A DNA stretch of 58,586 nucleotides from the NCBI GenBank assembly GCA_964445905.1, contig CAYUNN010000010.1:1-58586 (forward strand), given 5' to 3'. A program made the position numbers and the translations under genes. The notes under the pieces are model-generated. The model was not told the DNA's origin. It saw only the letters and a program-made list of their open reading frames with translations, and did not search any database. Source of the stretch: an uncultured Candidatus Saccharibacteria bacterium (GTDB lineage: Bacteria; Patescibacteriota; Minisyncoccia; Minisyncoccales; JAGGXC01). The number at the start of each line of letters is the position of its first letter. The stretch's first letter is position 1. Shown here one piece after another: positions 36,737 to 46,746 of this stretch.

Positions 36737-38548
36737 TTACTCTACCGTAACAGACTTAGCCAAATTTCTTGGCTTATCAATGTCTAAACCAAGCTCCAGC
36801 CCAAGATAAGCGGCAAAAAGATGAAGAGGAATCACAGAAAGAATAGGAGTTAGCATTTCCAACGTTTTAGGAATATAAATTACATCATCAACTATATTTT
36901 TAATTTCTTCGTTTCCTTCTGTGGCAATAGCCAATACTTTAGCATCTCTTGATTTAACCTCCATTATTGCGTTCTTCATTTTATCGTAAACTGAATCAGT
37001 AGGAATGATACAAATCAGAGGAAAATTTTCATCAATCGTAGCTATAGAACCATGCTTCATTTCTCCTCCGGGAATTCCTTCAGCGTGAATCTTCCAAGCA
37101 ATTTCCTTTAATTTCAAAGCACCTTCCAACGCTATAGCCTGATTATATTTCCTTCCTAAGTAATAAAAGTTTTTGAAATTAGAATATTTTTCGGCTAAAT
37201 TTTTAATATGATCGCTTTGATCCAATATTTTTTTAGAAAGATTAGGTATTTTTTCTAATTCAGATAAAATTCTACGCCCGGTGACCAAACTCATTTCTTT
37301 TTTTCTTCCTAAATAAACTGTCAGCAAAGCTAAGATAGAAAGTTGGGAAACAAAAGACTTGGTAGCGGCTACGCCAATTTCTGGTCCTGATCTGGTATAC
37401 ACCCCCGCATCTGTTTCTCTGGTGATAGAAGAGCCAACCACATTAACTAACCCGAGAGTTAAACTCCCCTTTCTTTTTGCTTCTTTAATTGCTTCCAAAG
37501 TATCAGCTGTCTCGCCCGACTGGGAAATAGCTAAAATTGCCGTCTCTTTATCTAAAATAGGTTTTTTGTATCTAAACTCAGAAGAACACTCAACCTTTGT
37601 TGGAATCTCGGCATATTCTTCAAACATATATTCTCCTACCATGGCAGCGAACCTTGCCGTTCCGCAACCAAGCAAAACTAATCTTTTAATCTTATCTAAC
37701 TCATCTGAGGCCTGTTCTAGTCCTCCTAGTCTTGACAACCCATTATCTAAGTCAATTCTGCCTCTTATACTTTCTTGAATAGCTTTGGGCTCTTCAAATA
37801 TTTCTTTTAACATAAAGTGAGAAAAACCTTCTTTATCAGCTTCTTTGATCTCCCAATCAATTTTTTCTATTAATTTTTCCTTTAAAACTAAGTGGTCGTC
37901 AGGAGAAAGAACCGCTACTTCATTATCGTCTAGATTAATTACTTGTCTGGTATGAGAAACCATTGCTGCCGGATCAGAAGCGACAAAATACTCGTTATCA
38001 GAAACACCTATCAATAAGGGAGCACCAAGCTTAGCCAGAACAATCTTGTTCGGATCCCTTTTAGAAATAACCGCCACCCCGTAAGTTCCCTTTACTTCTC
38101 TTAAAGCTTTCCGGACTGCATCTTCCAAATTTCCTTTAAAATTTTCTTCTATTAAATGACAGAGGACTTCTGTGTCGGTATCGGAAGAGAATTTATGATT
38201 TTTAGCTATTAATTTTTCCTTAATTTCTTCGTAGTTTTCAATTATTCCATTATGAACTAAAAAAATATCATCATTGCAATCAGAATGAGGATGAGCATTA
38301 TTTTCTGTTACTCTCCCTGTAGTAGCCCACCTGGTATGGCCTATCCCTATTCTTCCATTAAAACAATTATTAGAAAGCCTATTTTCCCACTCAGAAATTT
38401 TGCCTACTTTTTTTAATAAAAATTGCTCTGAACCATTAAAAACAAAAAAACCAAAGCTATCATAGCCTCGATATTCAAGTCTTTTTAAGCTAGAAGACAA
38501 TATCGGGAGAGCAGGTCTTCTTCCTATATAACCAACGATTCCACACAT
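36737..38548 (-). CDS. glmS: Glutamine--fructose-6-phosphate transaminase
   Basis: MCGIVG, LEYRGYDS, GHTRWAT, SQSGETADT and PRNLAKSVTVE motifs. Confidence 0.98.
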   Translation of the reverse strand: MCGIVGYIGRRPALPILSSSLKRLEYRGYDSFGFFVFNGSEQFLLKKVGKISEWENRLSNNCFNGRIGIGHTRWATTGRVTENNAHPHSDCNDDIFLVHNGIIENYEEIKEKLIAKNHKFSSDTDTEVLCHLIEENFKGNLEDAVRKALREVKGTYGVAVISKRDPNKIVLAKLGAPLLIGVSDNEYFVASDPAAMVSHTRQVINLDDNEVAVLSPDDHLVLKEKLIEKIDWEIKEADKEGFSHFMLKEIFEEPKAIQESIRGRIDLDNGLSRLGGLEQASDELDKIKRLVLLGCGTARFAAMVGEYMFEEYAEIPTKVECSSEFRYKKPILDKETAILAISQSGETADTLEAIKEAKRKGSLTLGLVNVVGSSITRETDAGVYTRSGPEIGVAATKSFVSQLSILALLTVYLGRKKEMSLVTGRRILSELEKIPNLSKKILDQSDHIKNLAEKYSNFKNFYYLGRKYNQAIALEGALKLKEIAWKIHAEGIPGGEMKHGSIATIDENFPLICIIPTDSVYDKMKNAIMEVKSRDAKVLAIATEGNEEIKNIVDDVIYIPKTLEMLTPILSVIPLHLFAAYLGLELGLDIDKPRNLAKSVTVE

Positions 38549-38550
38549 AA

Positions 38551-40947
38551 TTAAATTACAAAATTAATTAGTTTTCCTGGAACAAAAATAACTTTCTTAA
38601 TTTCTTTATCATCAATCCAATTCTGTACTTTTTTCTTTTTTAATGCAAGTTTTTTAGCTTCTTCTTTAGAAATATTTAATTTAATCCTAATTTCATCTCT
38701 TACTTTACCATTAATCTGAACAACTAAAGTAGCAAAATCTTCTTTGATTAATTTAGGATCGTATTTGGGCCAAGATTCCTTTGAAATGCTTTTTTTGTAT
38801 CCGAGCTTACTCCATAATTCTTCTGTAATATGAGGAGCTATTGGAAAGAGTAAAACAAGAAATCTCTTGATTATTTTCTTGTCAATCTTTTCTTTATTTT
38901 CTTGAGCGAAATTAACAAATTCCATAAAAGCAGCGACAGCGGTATTAAATTTCATCTTCTCCATATCCTCATTTATTTTTTTATTCAATTGATGAATTTT
39001 TCTTAAACTTTCTTCGTCGTTTTGATTATTATTTTTACATTCTAAAACTAAATCCCAAGTTTTATTCAAAAATCTATAAACCCCGCTAAGACTTTCCGCA
39101 CTCCAAGATATTGATTGGTCAAAGGGGCCCATAAACATTTCGTAAATTCTTAATGTGTCAGCTCCATATTTTTTAATCACATCATCAGGGTTAACAACGT
39201 TGCCCAGAGATTTAGACATCTTGCGTCCGTCTTCTGCTAAAACTATCCCATGAAGAGTTCTTTTGTTATAAGGCTCTTTCGTAGGAACTTTATTAATGTC
39301 GAAAAGAAATTTATATATAAAGCGAGAGTATAAAAGATGAAGAGTAATGTGTTCCGGGCCTCCATTATACCAATCAACTGGTAACCAATAATCCAATTTA
39401 TCAAAATCAGCTAGATCATTGTCGTTATCTGGATCACAGTATCTCATATAATACCAGTTGGAACCGGCCCAATTAGGCATGGTATCAGTTTCTCTTCTAG
39501 CGTCACCGCCGCATATCGGACACTTAATTTTCGCCCAATCCTTTATTTCTGACAGCGGTGATTCTCCTGTTTCTGTTGGCTGATAATTTTCAACAAAGGG
39601 AAGTTCAACGGGTAAATCTTTTTCTGGCACAGGAACCGCTCCGCATTTATTACAATGAATTATAGGAATAGGCTCTCCCCAATAATGTTGCCTAGAAAAA
39701 ATCCAATCCCTTAATCTATAATTTACCGTTTCTCTACCAAGTTCTTTTTTCTCTAACCATTTAGTAATTTCTATTATGGCTTTTCCAGAATTAAGACTAT
39801 TAAATTCTCCTGAGTTAATTAATTTTCCATAATCAGTATGAGCTTCTTTTAAAACATCTCCTCCTGAAATCACTTCTTTTATTTCTAAATCATATTTTTT
39901 AGCAAAATCATAATCCCTTTTGTCGTGAGCGGGAACTACCATTACCGCTCCCCCACCATAAGTAGCCACCACATAATCTCCTATCCAAATAGGTATTTTC
40001 TTTCCGTTGATTGGATTAATACAATAAGAACCAGAAAACACCCCTTTTTTTTCTTTATCGATTTTTGTTCTCTCAAACTCTGTTTTCTTTTTTGATTTAT
40101 TTATATAAGATTTAACTTCTTTAAATCTATTTTCTTTTGTTACTTTTTCAACTAAATAATGTTCGGGTGCTATTACAAGAGCTGTTACTCCAAATAAAGT
40201 ATCGACACGAGTGGTAAACACTTTAATAATTTCGTCTGTTTTGTCTGTCTTAAAATAAACTTCTGTGCCGCAACTCTTGCCAATCCATTCAATCTGCTGT
40301 TTTTTAATCTCATCTAAATAGTCTAGATCTTTTAAATCACTTATAAGCCTGTCGGCATATTTAGTAATTCTAAGCATCCATTGCTTAATCTCTTTTTGTT
40401 CGACCTTGCACCCACATCTTTCACATTCTCCCTGAATTACTTCTTCGTGGGCTAGACCAATCTTGCAAGAAGGACACCAGTTTATAGGAACCTCTGCTCT
40501 ATAAGCCAATCCTTTTTTAAATAATTGTATAAAAATCCATTGAGTCCATTTATAATAATTAGGATCAGTAGTATTTACTTCTCTTGACCAATCGAAAGAA
40601 AGTCCAAGACTTTTAATTTGATCGCTGTAATGAGAAATATTGCTCTCAACTACTTTGCTAGGATGAACTCCTTTCTTGATAGCATAATTTTCAGCGGGCA
40701 GACCAAAAGCATCCCAGCCGATAGGAAAAAGAACATTGTAGCCCTGCATTCTTCTTTTTCTGGCAATTGAATCCAAGGCAGCATATCCCCTTACATGTCC
40801 GACATGCAACCCTTGACCCGAAGGATAAGGAAATTCAACTAGAATATATTGCTTTTGCTTTTTAGAAGAGTCTTCTGCGCAAAAAAAATTATTTTTTCTC
40901 CAATAATCCTGCCATTTTTTCTCTATTTTTCCTGGCTCATATTTCAT
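38551..40947 (-). CDS. leuS: Leucine--tRNA ligase
   Basis: FPYPSGQGLHVGH, TTRVDT editing domain, DWIFSRQHYWG and KMSKS. Confidence 0.97.
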   Translation of the reverse strand: MKYEPGKIEKKWQDYWRKNNFFCAEDSSKKQKQYILVEFPYPSGQGLHVGHVRGYAALDSIARKRRMQGYNVLFPIGWDAFGLPAENYAIKKGVHPSKVVESNISHYSDQIKSLGLSFDWSREVNTTDPNYYKWTQWIFIQLFKKGLAYRAEVPINWCPSCKIGLAHEEVIQGECERCGCKVEQKEIKQWMLRITKYADRLISDLKDLDYLDEIKKQQIEWIGKSCGTEVYFKTDKTDEIIKVFTTRVDTLFGVTALVIAPEHYLVEKVTKENRFKEVKSYINKSKKKTEFERTKIDKEKKGVFSGSYCINPINGKKIPIWIGDYVVATYGGGAVMVVPAHDKRDYDFAKKYDLEIKEVISGGDVLKEAHTDYGKLINSGEFNSLNSGKAIIEITKWLEKKELGRETVNYRLRDWIFSRQHYWGEPIPIIHCNKCGAVPVPEKDLPVELPFVENYQPTETGESPLSEIKDWAKIKCPICGGDARRETDTMPNWAGSNWYYMRYCDPDNDNDLADFDKLDYWLPVDWYNGGPEHITLHLLYSRFIYKFLFDINKVPTKEPYNKRTLHGIVLAEDGRKMSKSLGNVVNPDDVIKKYGADTLRIYEMFMGPFDQSISWSAESLSGVYRFLNKTWDLVLECKNNNQNDEESLRKIHQLNKKINEDMEKMKFNTAVAAFMEFVNFAQENKEKIDKKIIKRFLVLLFPIAPHITEELWSKLGYKKSISKESWPKYDPKLIKEDFATLVVQINGKVRDEIRIKLNISKEEAKKLALKKKKVQNWIDDKEIKKVIFVPGKLINFVI

Positions 40948-40997
40948 GTTTTTTTATTGTGACACGGATAAAGAAATTTCTCAAGCTATATAAAAAC

Positions 40998-41813
40998 TTA
41001 GATCTGGAATAATCCCCTGGCATTCTCTGTTGTAAATTTTATCACCTCTTCAAAGCTCTTTCTTTTTATTCTAGCTATTTCTTCTATTACATACTTAATA
41101 TATGTGGGATTATTTCTTTTTCCGTCAATGGCAGGAGGAGAAAGATAAGGACAATCAGTTTCAACTAAAATTCTATCTAAGGGAGTTTTTTCAATAACTT
41201 TTTTTAAATTTAATTTAAAAATTATTCCATTAAAGCCGAGATAAAATCCTTTTTTTAAAAAATTTTCTGCTTGAATTTCATTTCCAGTAAAACAATGAAC
41301 TACTCCTCTATTGTCACGATCAACTAATTCTAAAATTTCATCGTGGGCTAACCGGCAATGAATAATTACCGGTAAGTCTAATTTCTTCGCTAAAGACATT
41401 TGCTTTACAAAAACATCTTTCTGTTTTTCTTTAAACTCTTCTTTTTTCTTTTTGTTTTTTGGCTTATACCAATAATCAAGCCCTATCTCTCCAATAGCAA
41501 TAACTTTATCCGATTTAGCTAGCTCCTTATATTTTTCATAATCAAAACTTTCTTCTTTTGTTTTGAAGCTAACTTCTTCTTTGTCTATTTTCAAATTAAC
41601 TAACCCCGTATCTAAATGAATAGGATGAAGTCCAACAGTAGCAAATACTCCCTGTTTATATTTTTGAGCAATATTGATTGCTCTTTGCGATGTTTTGTAC
41701 TGACTACCAACATTAACAACCCAGATGTTACTATCTAGACATTCATTAATTATTTCATCAAAATCATCTCTAAAAGCATTAAAATTAAGATGAGCATGAG
41801 TATCAATTATCAT
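40998..41813 (-). CDS. tatD: TatD-family DNase
   Basis: IDTHAH, GLHP, IGEIGLD, HCR, HCF and ETDCPY motifs; start placed at ATG 41813. Confidence 0.93.
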   Translation of the reverse strand: MIIDTHAHLNFNAFRDDFDEIINECLDSNIWVVNVGSQYKTSQRAINIAQKYKQGVFATVGLHPIHLDTGLVNLKIDKEEVSFKTKEESFDYEKYKELAKSDKVIAIGEIGLDYWYKPKNKKKKEEFKEKQKDVFVKQMSLAKKLDLPVIIHCRLAHDEILELVDRDNRGVVHCFTGNEIQAENFLKKGFYLGFNGIIFKLNLKKVIEKTPLDRILVETDCPYLSPPAIDGKRNNPTYIKYVIEEIARIKRKSFEEVIKFTTENARGLFQI

Positions 41814-41857
41814 ATTTTTATTATATAACATACATTTTAAATTGTTTAAAAAAGAGC

Positions 41858-41880
41858 GGCAGTTCAAAATAAGAACTGCC
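41858..41880. terminator. Hairpin terminator after the orphan gene
   Basis: GGCAGTTC/GAACTGCC stem with flanking A and T tracts. Confidence 0.65.
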
Positions 41881-41909
41881 TGTTTTTTAAAAAAAGAGAA
41901 GTGGTTAGA

Positions 41910-42347
41910 CTATCTAAGTCTTGGTTCGACTACAGCTATAAAAGGAATATCTTCTAGCGGTTCTTTTGTATAGACTAATTGGCTTTTGTCTATGCGATCT
42001 GTTATTTTCACGAAAAGCACCTGGGGTATCTTGTTGAGATTTTTACTTATTTCCTTCTCTGTTCTTCTGTTTGCTGCTCCTGGAGCTTTTATTCCCAAGC
42101 GAATCGTGTATGAAGTTTTTCCTTTTAATTCCATAATTTGATCTGTAGAAAATTTTACTCCCTCACACATCCCTCTTATCGCTTCTAGAATTTTATTCCC
42201 TTCCTCGAATTTAGTTTTGGCTTGCTCGTAAATTACAAACCATTTTTTATAGCTTCTTTCAACTTCTAAAACTACTCTTTGAAGTAGTTCCTCATACGTC
42301 TCCTTATGTTTTTCTTCCACGCTTACGTCGATTACTACATAACACAT
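41910..42347 (-). CDS. Hypothetical protein (orphan)
   Basis: 145-aa ORF with an AGGAG-containing leader and its own terminator. Confidence 0.65.
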   Translation of the reverse strand: MCYVVIDVSVEEKHKETYEELLQRVVLEVERSYKKWFVIYEQAKTKFEEGNKILEAIRGMCEGVKFSTDQIMELKGKTSYTIRLGIKAPGAANRRTEKEISKNLNKIPQVLFVKITDRIDKSQLVYTKEPLEDIPFIAVVEPRLR

Positions 42348-42442
42348 TATGTATCCATCTCCTATCTTTCCTTTTCTCCTCTTTGCATATTATAAAAGGA
42401 GCTATCTACTTTATAACATAAATAAATATTCTTTTCAATGGC

Positions 42443-43987
42443 CTAATCAATTTCTTTGCTTTTCTTCGAGAAAAGATTTTTATCTTTTTTGATCTTTGTC
42501 CCAGAAATCAAGTCAGAAAAATCTTTATTAAAATCTCTTTTAACTTCTTCTTTTGAGTTCAATCCTATCTGCTTAAAGATACTATCTGAAATCGCAGGCA
42601 TAAATGGCAGAATAAGCCAAGAAGACAACCTGATCAGTTCCAGCCACTCGTTAAATTTTGATTTAGCCTTTGAATTCTTGATTTCTTCTTTTGATTTTTC
42701 CCAGGGTTTAAAGCGTTCAATGTCTTCGTCAATTTTTTTAAATAAACTAATAACAATATTGAGAGAACGTTCAAAATGAAGCTCTTCTATATTGAAACTC
42801 CAAGAAGGATAACAATCATCCCAGAACCAATCTTTTAGTTCAGAGACGCTATTGGTTTCTGGAATTTCTCCGTTATAATATTTTTCTACCATTGATAAAA
42901 CTCTGCTTATCGTATTCCCTATTCCATTAGCAAGGTCTGCATTGTATTTTTCAATTAATTTTTCCCACGATATGTCTCCATCCTTACCAAACGGTGTAGC
43001 AAACAATAATAAATATCGGGTGGCATTGGAACCAAACTTTTCTATCATCTCTCCCGGCCAGATAACATTACCAATGGACTTGCTCATTTTTTGTTCATTT
43101 ATAGTAAAATAACCATGGATAAAAATTTTTTTAGGTAATGGGACATCCAAAGCTAATAATAAAGCAGGCCAAATAGTAGCATGGACTCTTAATATATCTT
43201 TAGACATTAACTGCAAATCAGCTGGCCAAAATTCATTCTTAAATTCTAGAGAATCTCCTCTCCAGCCAAGCCCAGTCAGATAATTCAACAATGCATCTAC
43301 CCAGACATAAGCAGTAAATTTCTTGTCAAAAGGCAAAGGAATGCCCCATTTAACATTTTTTCTTGAAATTGAAATATCTTTTAACCCTTGGTCAATGAAA
43401 GAGAGCATTTCATTTTTTCTCTGCTCTGGTCTTATTATAAACTCATCTTTTTCAATTTTTTCACGAAGCTTACTTTCAAAATTTTTAAGCCGAAATAAAT
43501 AACTTTCTTCTTCTATTAATTCTGGTTTTGTTTGGTGGTCAGGGCATTTACCTTCTATGAGATCAGACTCTGCCTTATACTGTTCACAACCAGAACAATA
43601 AAGCCCCTTATATAATCCTTTATAAATAAATCCTTTGTCATATAAAATTTGAAGTGCATTTTGAACTGCCTTCACGTGGTCCTTGTCGGTAGTTCTAATA
43701 AAACGGCCATAAGAAACATCTAAGTCATCCCATGTTTTTTTAAAAAAAGAAGAAACCTCATTGCAAAATTCCTGAGGTTCTTTTTTATTTTTTTTAGCTG
43801 CTTTTTCAATTTTATTCCCGTGCTCATCTGTCCCAGTTAAAAAGAATGAGCTTCTTTTCTTGAATTGATTATAGTAGCGGGTCAAAACATCAGCGGCAAC
43901 AGTAGTATAGGCATGACCTAAATGAGGCTGATCATTAGCATAATAAATAGGAGTAGTTACATAAAATTTTTTATCTTCTTCGTTCAT
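42443..43987 (-). CDS. metG: Methionine--tRNA ligase (short form)
   Basis: TTPIYY..HLGH, GTDEHG, CxxC..CPDH, YVWVDAL and KMSKS motifs. Confidence 0.97.
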   Translation of the reverse strand: MNEEDKKFYVTTPIYYANDQPHLGHAYTTVAADVLTRYYNQFKKRSSFFLTGTDEHGNKIEKAAKKNKKEPQEFCNEVSSFFKKTWDDLDVSYGRFIRTTDKDHVKAVQNALQILYDKGFIYKGLYKGLYCSGCEQYKAESDLIEGKCPDHQTKPELIEEESYLFRLKNFESKLREKIEKDEFIIRPEQRKNEMLSFIDQGLKDISISRKNVKWGIPLPFDKKFTAYVWVDALLNYLTGLGWRGDSLEFKNEFWPADLQLMSKDILRVHATIWPALLLALDVPLPKKIFIHGYFTINEQKMSKSIGNVIWPGEMIEKFGSNATRYLLLFATPFGKDGDISWEKLIEKYNADLANGIGNTISRVLSMVEKYYNGEIPETNSVSELKDWFWDDCYPSWSFNIEELHFERSLNIVISLFKKIDEDIERFKPWEKSKEEIKNSKAKSKFNEWLELIRLSSWLILPFMPAISDSIFKQIGLNSKEEVKRDFNKDFSDLISGTKIKKDKNLFSKKSKEID

Positions 43988-43996
43988 AAGATATCA

Positions 43997-45079
43997 CTAT
44001 TCTAAAATTTCTCTTTCGGGATGATTTGAAAGAAATTCTTCTTTCTTTTCGTTAAAAAAATCTTTTAAAAATTCAAACAAAATAGCTACCAGGGGTACAA
44101 GAAGAACAGCACCTAAAACACCCCAAAGCCTCCCTCCGATAAATAAAGAAATCAAAACAAGAACTGGTGAAATTTTAATTATTTTACTAGTTAGGGCAGG
44201 CATCAAAACAATGTTTTCAATTAACTGAATTAGTCCTAGAGCAACAAATACAAAAATTGCTTTTAGCAGGCTATCCATTGAAACAGCTAGAAAAATAAAG
44301 ATTGTTGCAATAAATGGACCAATTATTGGAATAAAATCAAGGATTCCTGCCACCACCGCAAAAGAAACTGGATAATCTACTTTTAAAAAACTAAGGGCTA
44401 TGTAGGAACTTAATCCAACAAAAACTACCCCGATAATTCTTACCAAAAACCATCCCGTAACTTTCTCTTTAGACCTATCCCAGAGATTAAGCATATATTT
44501 CTCATATTTTTTAGGAAAAATAAGGGACAACCCCTTTTCCATTAATCCTTTTTCTATAGATATAAAAATAGCCAAAGCAATAGTAAAAAAAGTTGCTAAA
44601 ACTCCTCCGAAAAAAGTAGCAAAAAAAGAAAACAAATTCCTGCTCATTTCTTCAATCGGCCTTTGAAAATTACTCATTAATTCCTCTAAGTTTCCGGACA
44701 CTTCCAGCCCTAAGCCTCTGAGGAAAGGAGAAACTCTTTCAAAATAATCTGGGATTTGTTCAGGTAAAACATTAGAAAAATTTTGCACTTCTGTTAAAAA
44801 GAAGGGCAATGCAAGATAAACGGAATAAATTATCATTCCAAAAACAATAAAATAAGCGCAAACAACAGCTATAACTCTTGGAATTTTTTTTCTAACCAAT
44901 AATTTTATAAAAGGTTCAAATAAGATAGAGATTACCAAAGCAAAAATGAGCCAAATTATAATTTCTTTCACTAAAAAAATAAAATAAATCAAAAAAACAG
45001 CAACAAGAATTTTGAATATTGTTCCCCAAGAAATATCTAAAAATTGTTTTCTGCAAGAAGATTCTAATTCTCCGCTCAT
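43997..45079 (-). CDS. AI-2E family transporter
   Basis: FIPIIGP, QLIENIVLMP and GGRLWGVLG motifs. Confidence 0.9.
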   Translation of the reverse strand: MSGELESSCRKQFLDISWGTIFKILVAVFLIYFIFLVKEIIIWLIFALVISILFEPFIKLLVRKKIPRVIAVVCAYFIVFGMIIYSVYLALPFFLTEVQNFSNVLPEQIPDYFERVSPFLRGLGLEVSGNLEELMSNFQRPIEEMSRNLFSFFATFFGGVLATFFTIALAIFISIEKGLMEKGLSLIFPKKYEKYMLNLWDRSKEKVTGWFLVRIIGVVFVGLSSYIALSFLKVDYPVSFAVVAGILDFIPIIGPFIATIFIFLAVSMDSLLKAIFVFVALGLIQLIENIVLMPALTSKIIKISPVLVLISLFIGGRLWGVLGAVLLVPLVAILFEFLKDFFNEKKEEFLSNHPEREILE

Positions 45080-45092
45080 ATTATATGTTTAT

Positions 45093-46358
45093 TTAAATAT
45101 TTAATAACTTTTTAAAAGACGCTTCTTTTTTAAACGGTCCGATCAAAGCAAGATTAAGATTTTCTTTTTTGAAAATTTCTTCTGCCACCTCTTTAAGGTC
45201 ATCCAAGCTTACTTTCTCAAGCTGTTTTAATTTTTTTTCTGGAGTTAAAATTTCACCTTTTAGCAGCTCTTGCACAGAATAAAAAGAAGCTTGATTATCA
45301 GACGATTCAAGAGAGAGATTCAGAGTTCCTTTGAGATAGTCTTTTGCTTTTTGAAGTTCCGATTTGTTAACCCCTCTTTCTCTTATCTTCTTATACTCTT
45401 TTAGAATTAATTCAACAGCTTCTTCTGCTTTTTTATGATCAACCCCAGCTCTTGTTACTAAATAACCCGTATCTGTAGCGCTATCAGATAAAGTTTTAAT
45501 ATAATAAGCTAGCCCCTTTTCTTCTCTTACCGATATAAAAAGTCGAGAACTCATAAATCCTCCAAGAATTGTTGCTAAAACTGTTTGGAACAATCTCTTT
45601 TCGTTAAATAAGCCAAATCCCCTAACTCCAAGACAAAGGTGAGTTTGATCAGTTTTTTTATAATGGATTAAAACTTTAGGTTCTTTTTGTTTTTCCTTAA
45701 CTGACAATTTATCTTTCGGCTTTATCCTTCTAATACCTGCGAAACATTTTTTAACTTTATCAATAGATTCTTTCTCAGATATATTTCCCGCCACGCAAAC
45801 AACTGTATTTTTTGAAGAATAATGATTTTTAACATAATTTAAAAAATCTTTTCTTTCAAAGCCAATAACATTTTTCTTGCTTCCAATAATCGGCCAGCCT
45901 GCCGGCTGATCTCCATAAAGAAGTTTTTCCCAAAGATCTGAGATGTGAGACATGGGAGTATCAAGATACATATTAATTTCTTCAATAATTACCCCCTTTT
46001 CTTTATTAATTTCTTTGCTGACAAATTTAGAATTAATAAATATGTCTGAAACCCAATCTAAGGCTAAGTCAAAATGATTCAAATCAACTTTTGCCCAATA
46101 ACCAGTAATCTCTTTTGAGGTAAAAGCATTAAAAACACCGCCTACTTTATCAAGGGTTTCAACGACTTTAAGAGGAGTGGGTCTTTTTTTCGTTCCTTTA
46201 AAAAACATATGTTCCAAAAAATGAGAGATTCCATTTTCTTCCCGATTTTCATACTTAGATCCCGTTCCGACTAGAACTAAAACATTAACCGCTTTAGTGT
46301 TTTTCATTGGAATAGTAATTATTCTTAACCCGTTTTTTAAAACTGTTTTTTTATACAT
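45093..46358 (-). CDS. M16 family zinc peptidase
   Basis: HFLEH (HxxEH), NAFT and SSRLF motifs. Confidence 0.93.
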   Translation of the reverse strand: MYKKTVLKNGLRIITIPMKNTKAVNVLVLVGTGSKYENREENGISHFLEHMFFKGTKKRPTPLKVVETLDKVGGVFNAFTSKEITGYWAKVDLNHFDLALDWVSDIFINSKFVSKEINKEKGVIIEEINMYLDTPMSHISDLWEKLLYGDQPAGWPIIGSKKNVIGFERKDFLNYVKNHYSSKNTVVCVAGNISEKESIDKVKKCFAGIRRIKPKDKLSVKEKQKEPKVLIHYKKTDQTHLCLGVRGFGLFNEKRLFQTVLATILGGFMSSRLFISVREEKGLAYYIKTLSDSATDTGYLVTRAGVDHKKAEEAVELILKEYKKIRERGVNKSELQKAKDYLKGTLNLSLESSDNQASFYSVQELLKGEILTPEKKLKQLEKVSLDDLKEVAEEIFKKENLNLALIGPFKKEASFKKLLNI

Positions 46359-46743
46359 TTTCGAAATAATCTTTTAAAATATTTTTAACGCAAAAAGCAA
46401 GATTGAGATTGTTAACTTCTTTTTTGGAAAACCAACTAACTTCTTTAACTTCGACTTTATCTGTTTTAATTTCACCCCTTGGATTTCCTATAAAAATCAG
46501 AGTCACTGCATGCCAGTCTTTTTCTAGGATAATCTCGTCGTAATAATTAAAAAACTCGGGTTCAAATTCTAATCCTGTCTCTTCTCGCACCTCTCTCCGA
46601 ACTGCTTTATCTACTCGTTCTCCTTTTTCTACATGCCCACCCGGCAGACACCAATAATTCTTATAGGGCTTTATATTTCTCTTTGTTAATAAAACCTTAT
46701 TTTCTTTTCTTAGAATCGCCCCGCAAGTTATTCTTAATTTCAT
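46351..46743 (-). CDS. NUDIX hydrolase
   Basis: PGGHVEKGE..AVRREVREETGL Nudix box. Confidence 0.92.
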   Translation of the reverse strand: MKLRITCGAILRKENKVLLTKRNIKPYKNYWCLPGGHVEKGERVDKAVRREVREETGLEFEPEFFNYYDEIILEKDWHAVTLIFIGNPRGEIKTDKVEVKEVSWFSKKEVNNLNLAFCVKNILKDYFENV

Positions 46744-46746
46744 TGA

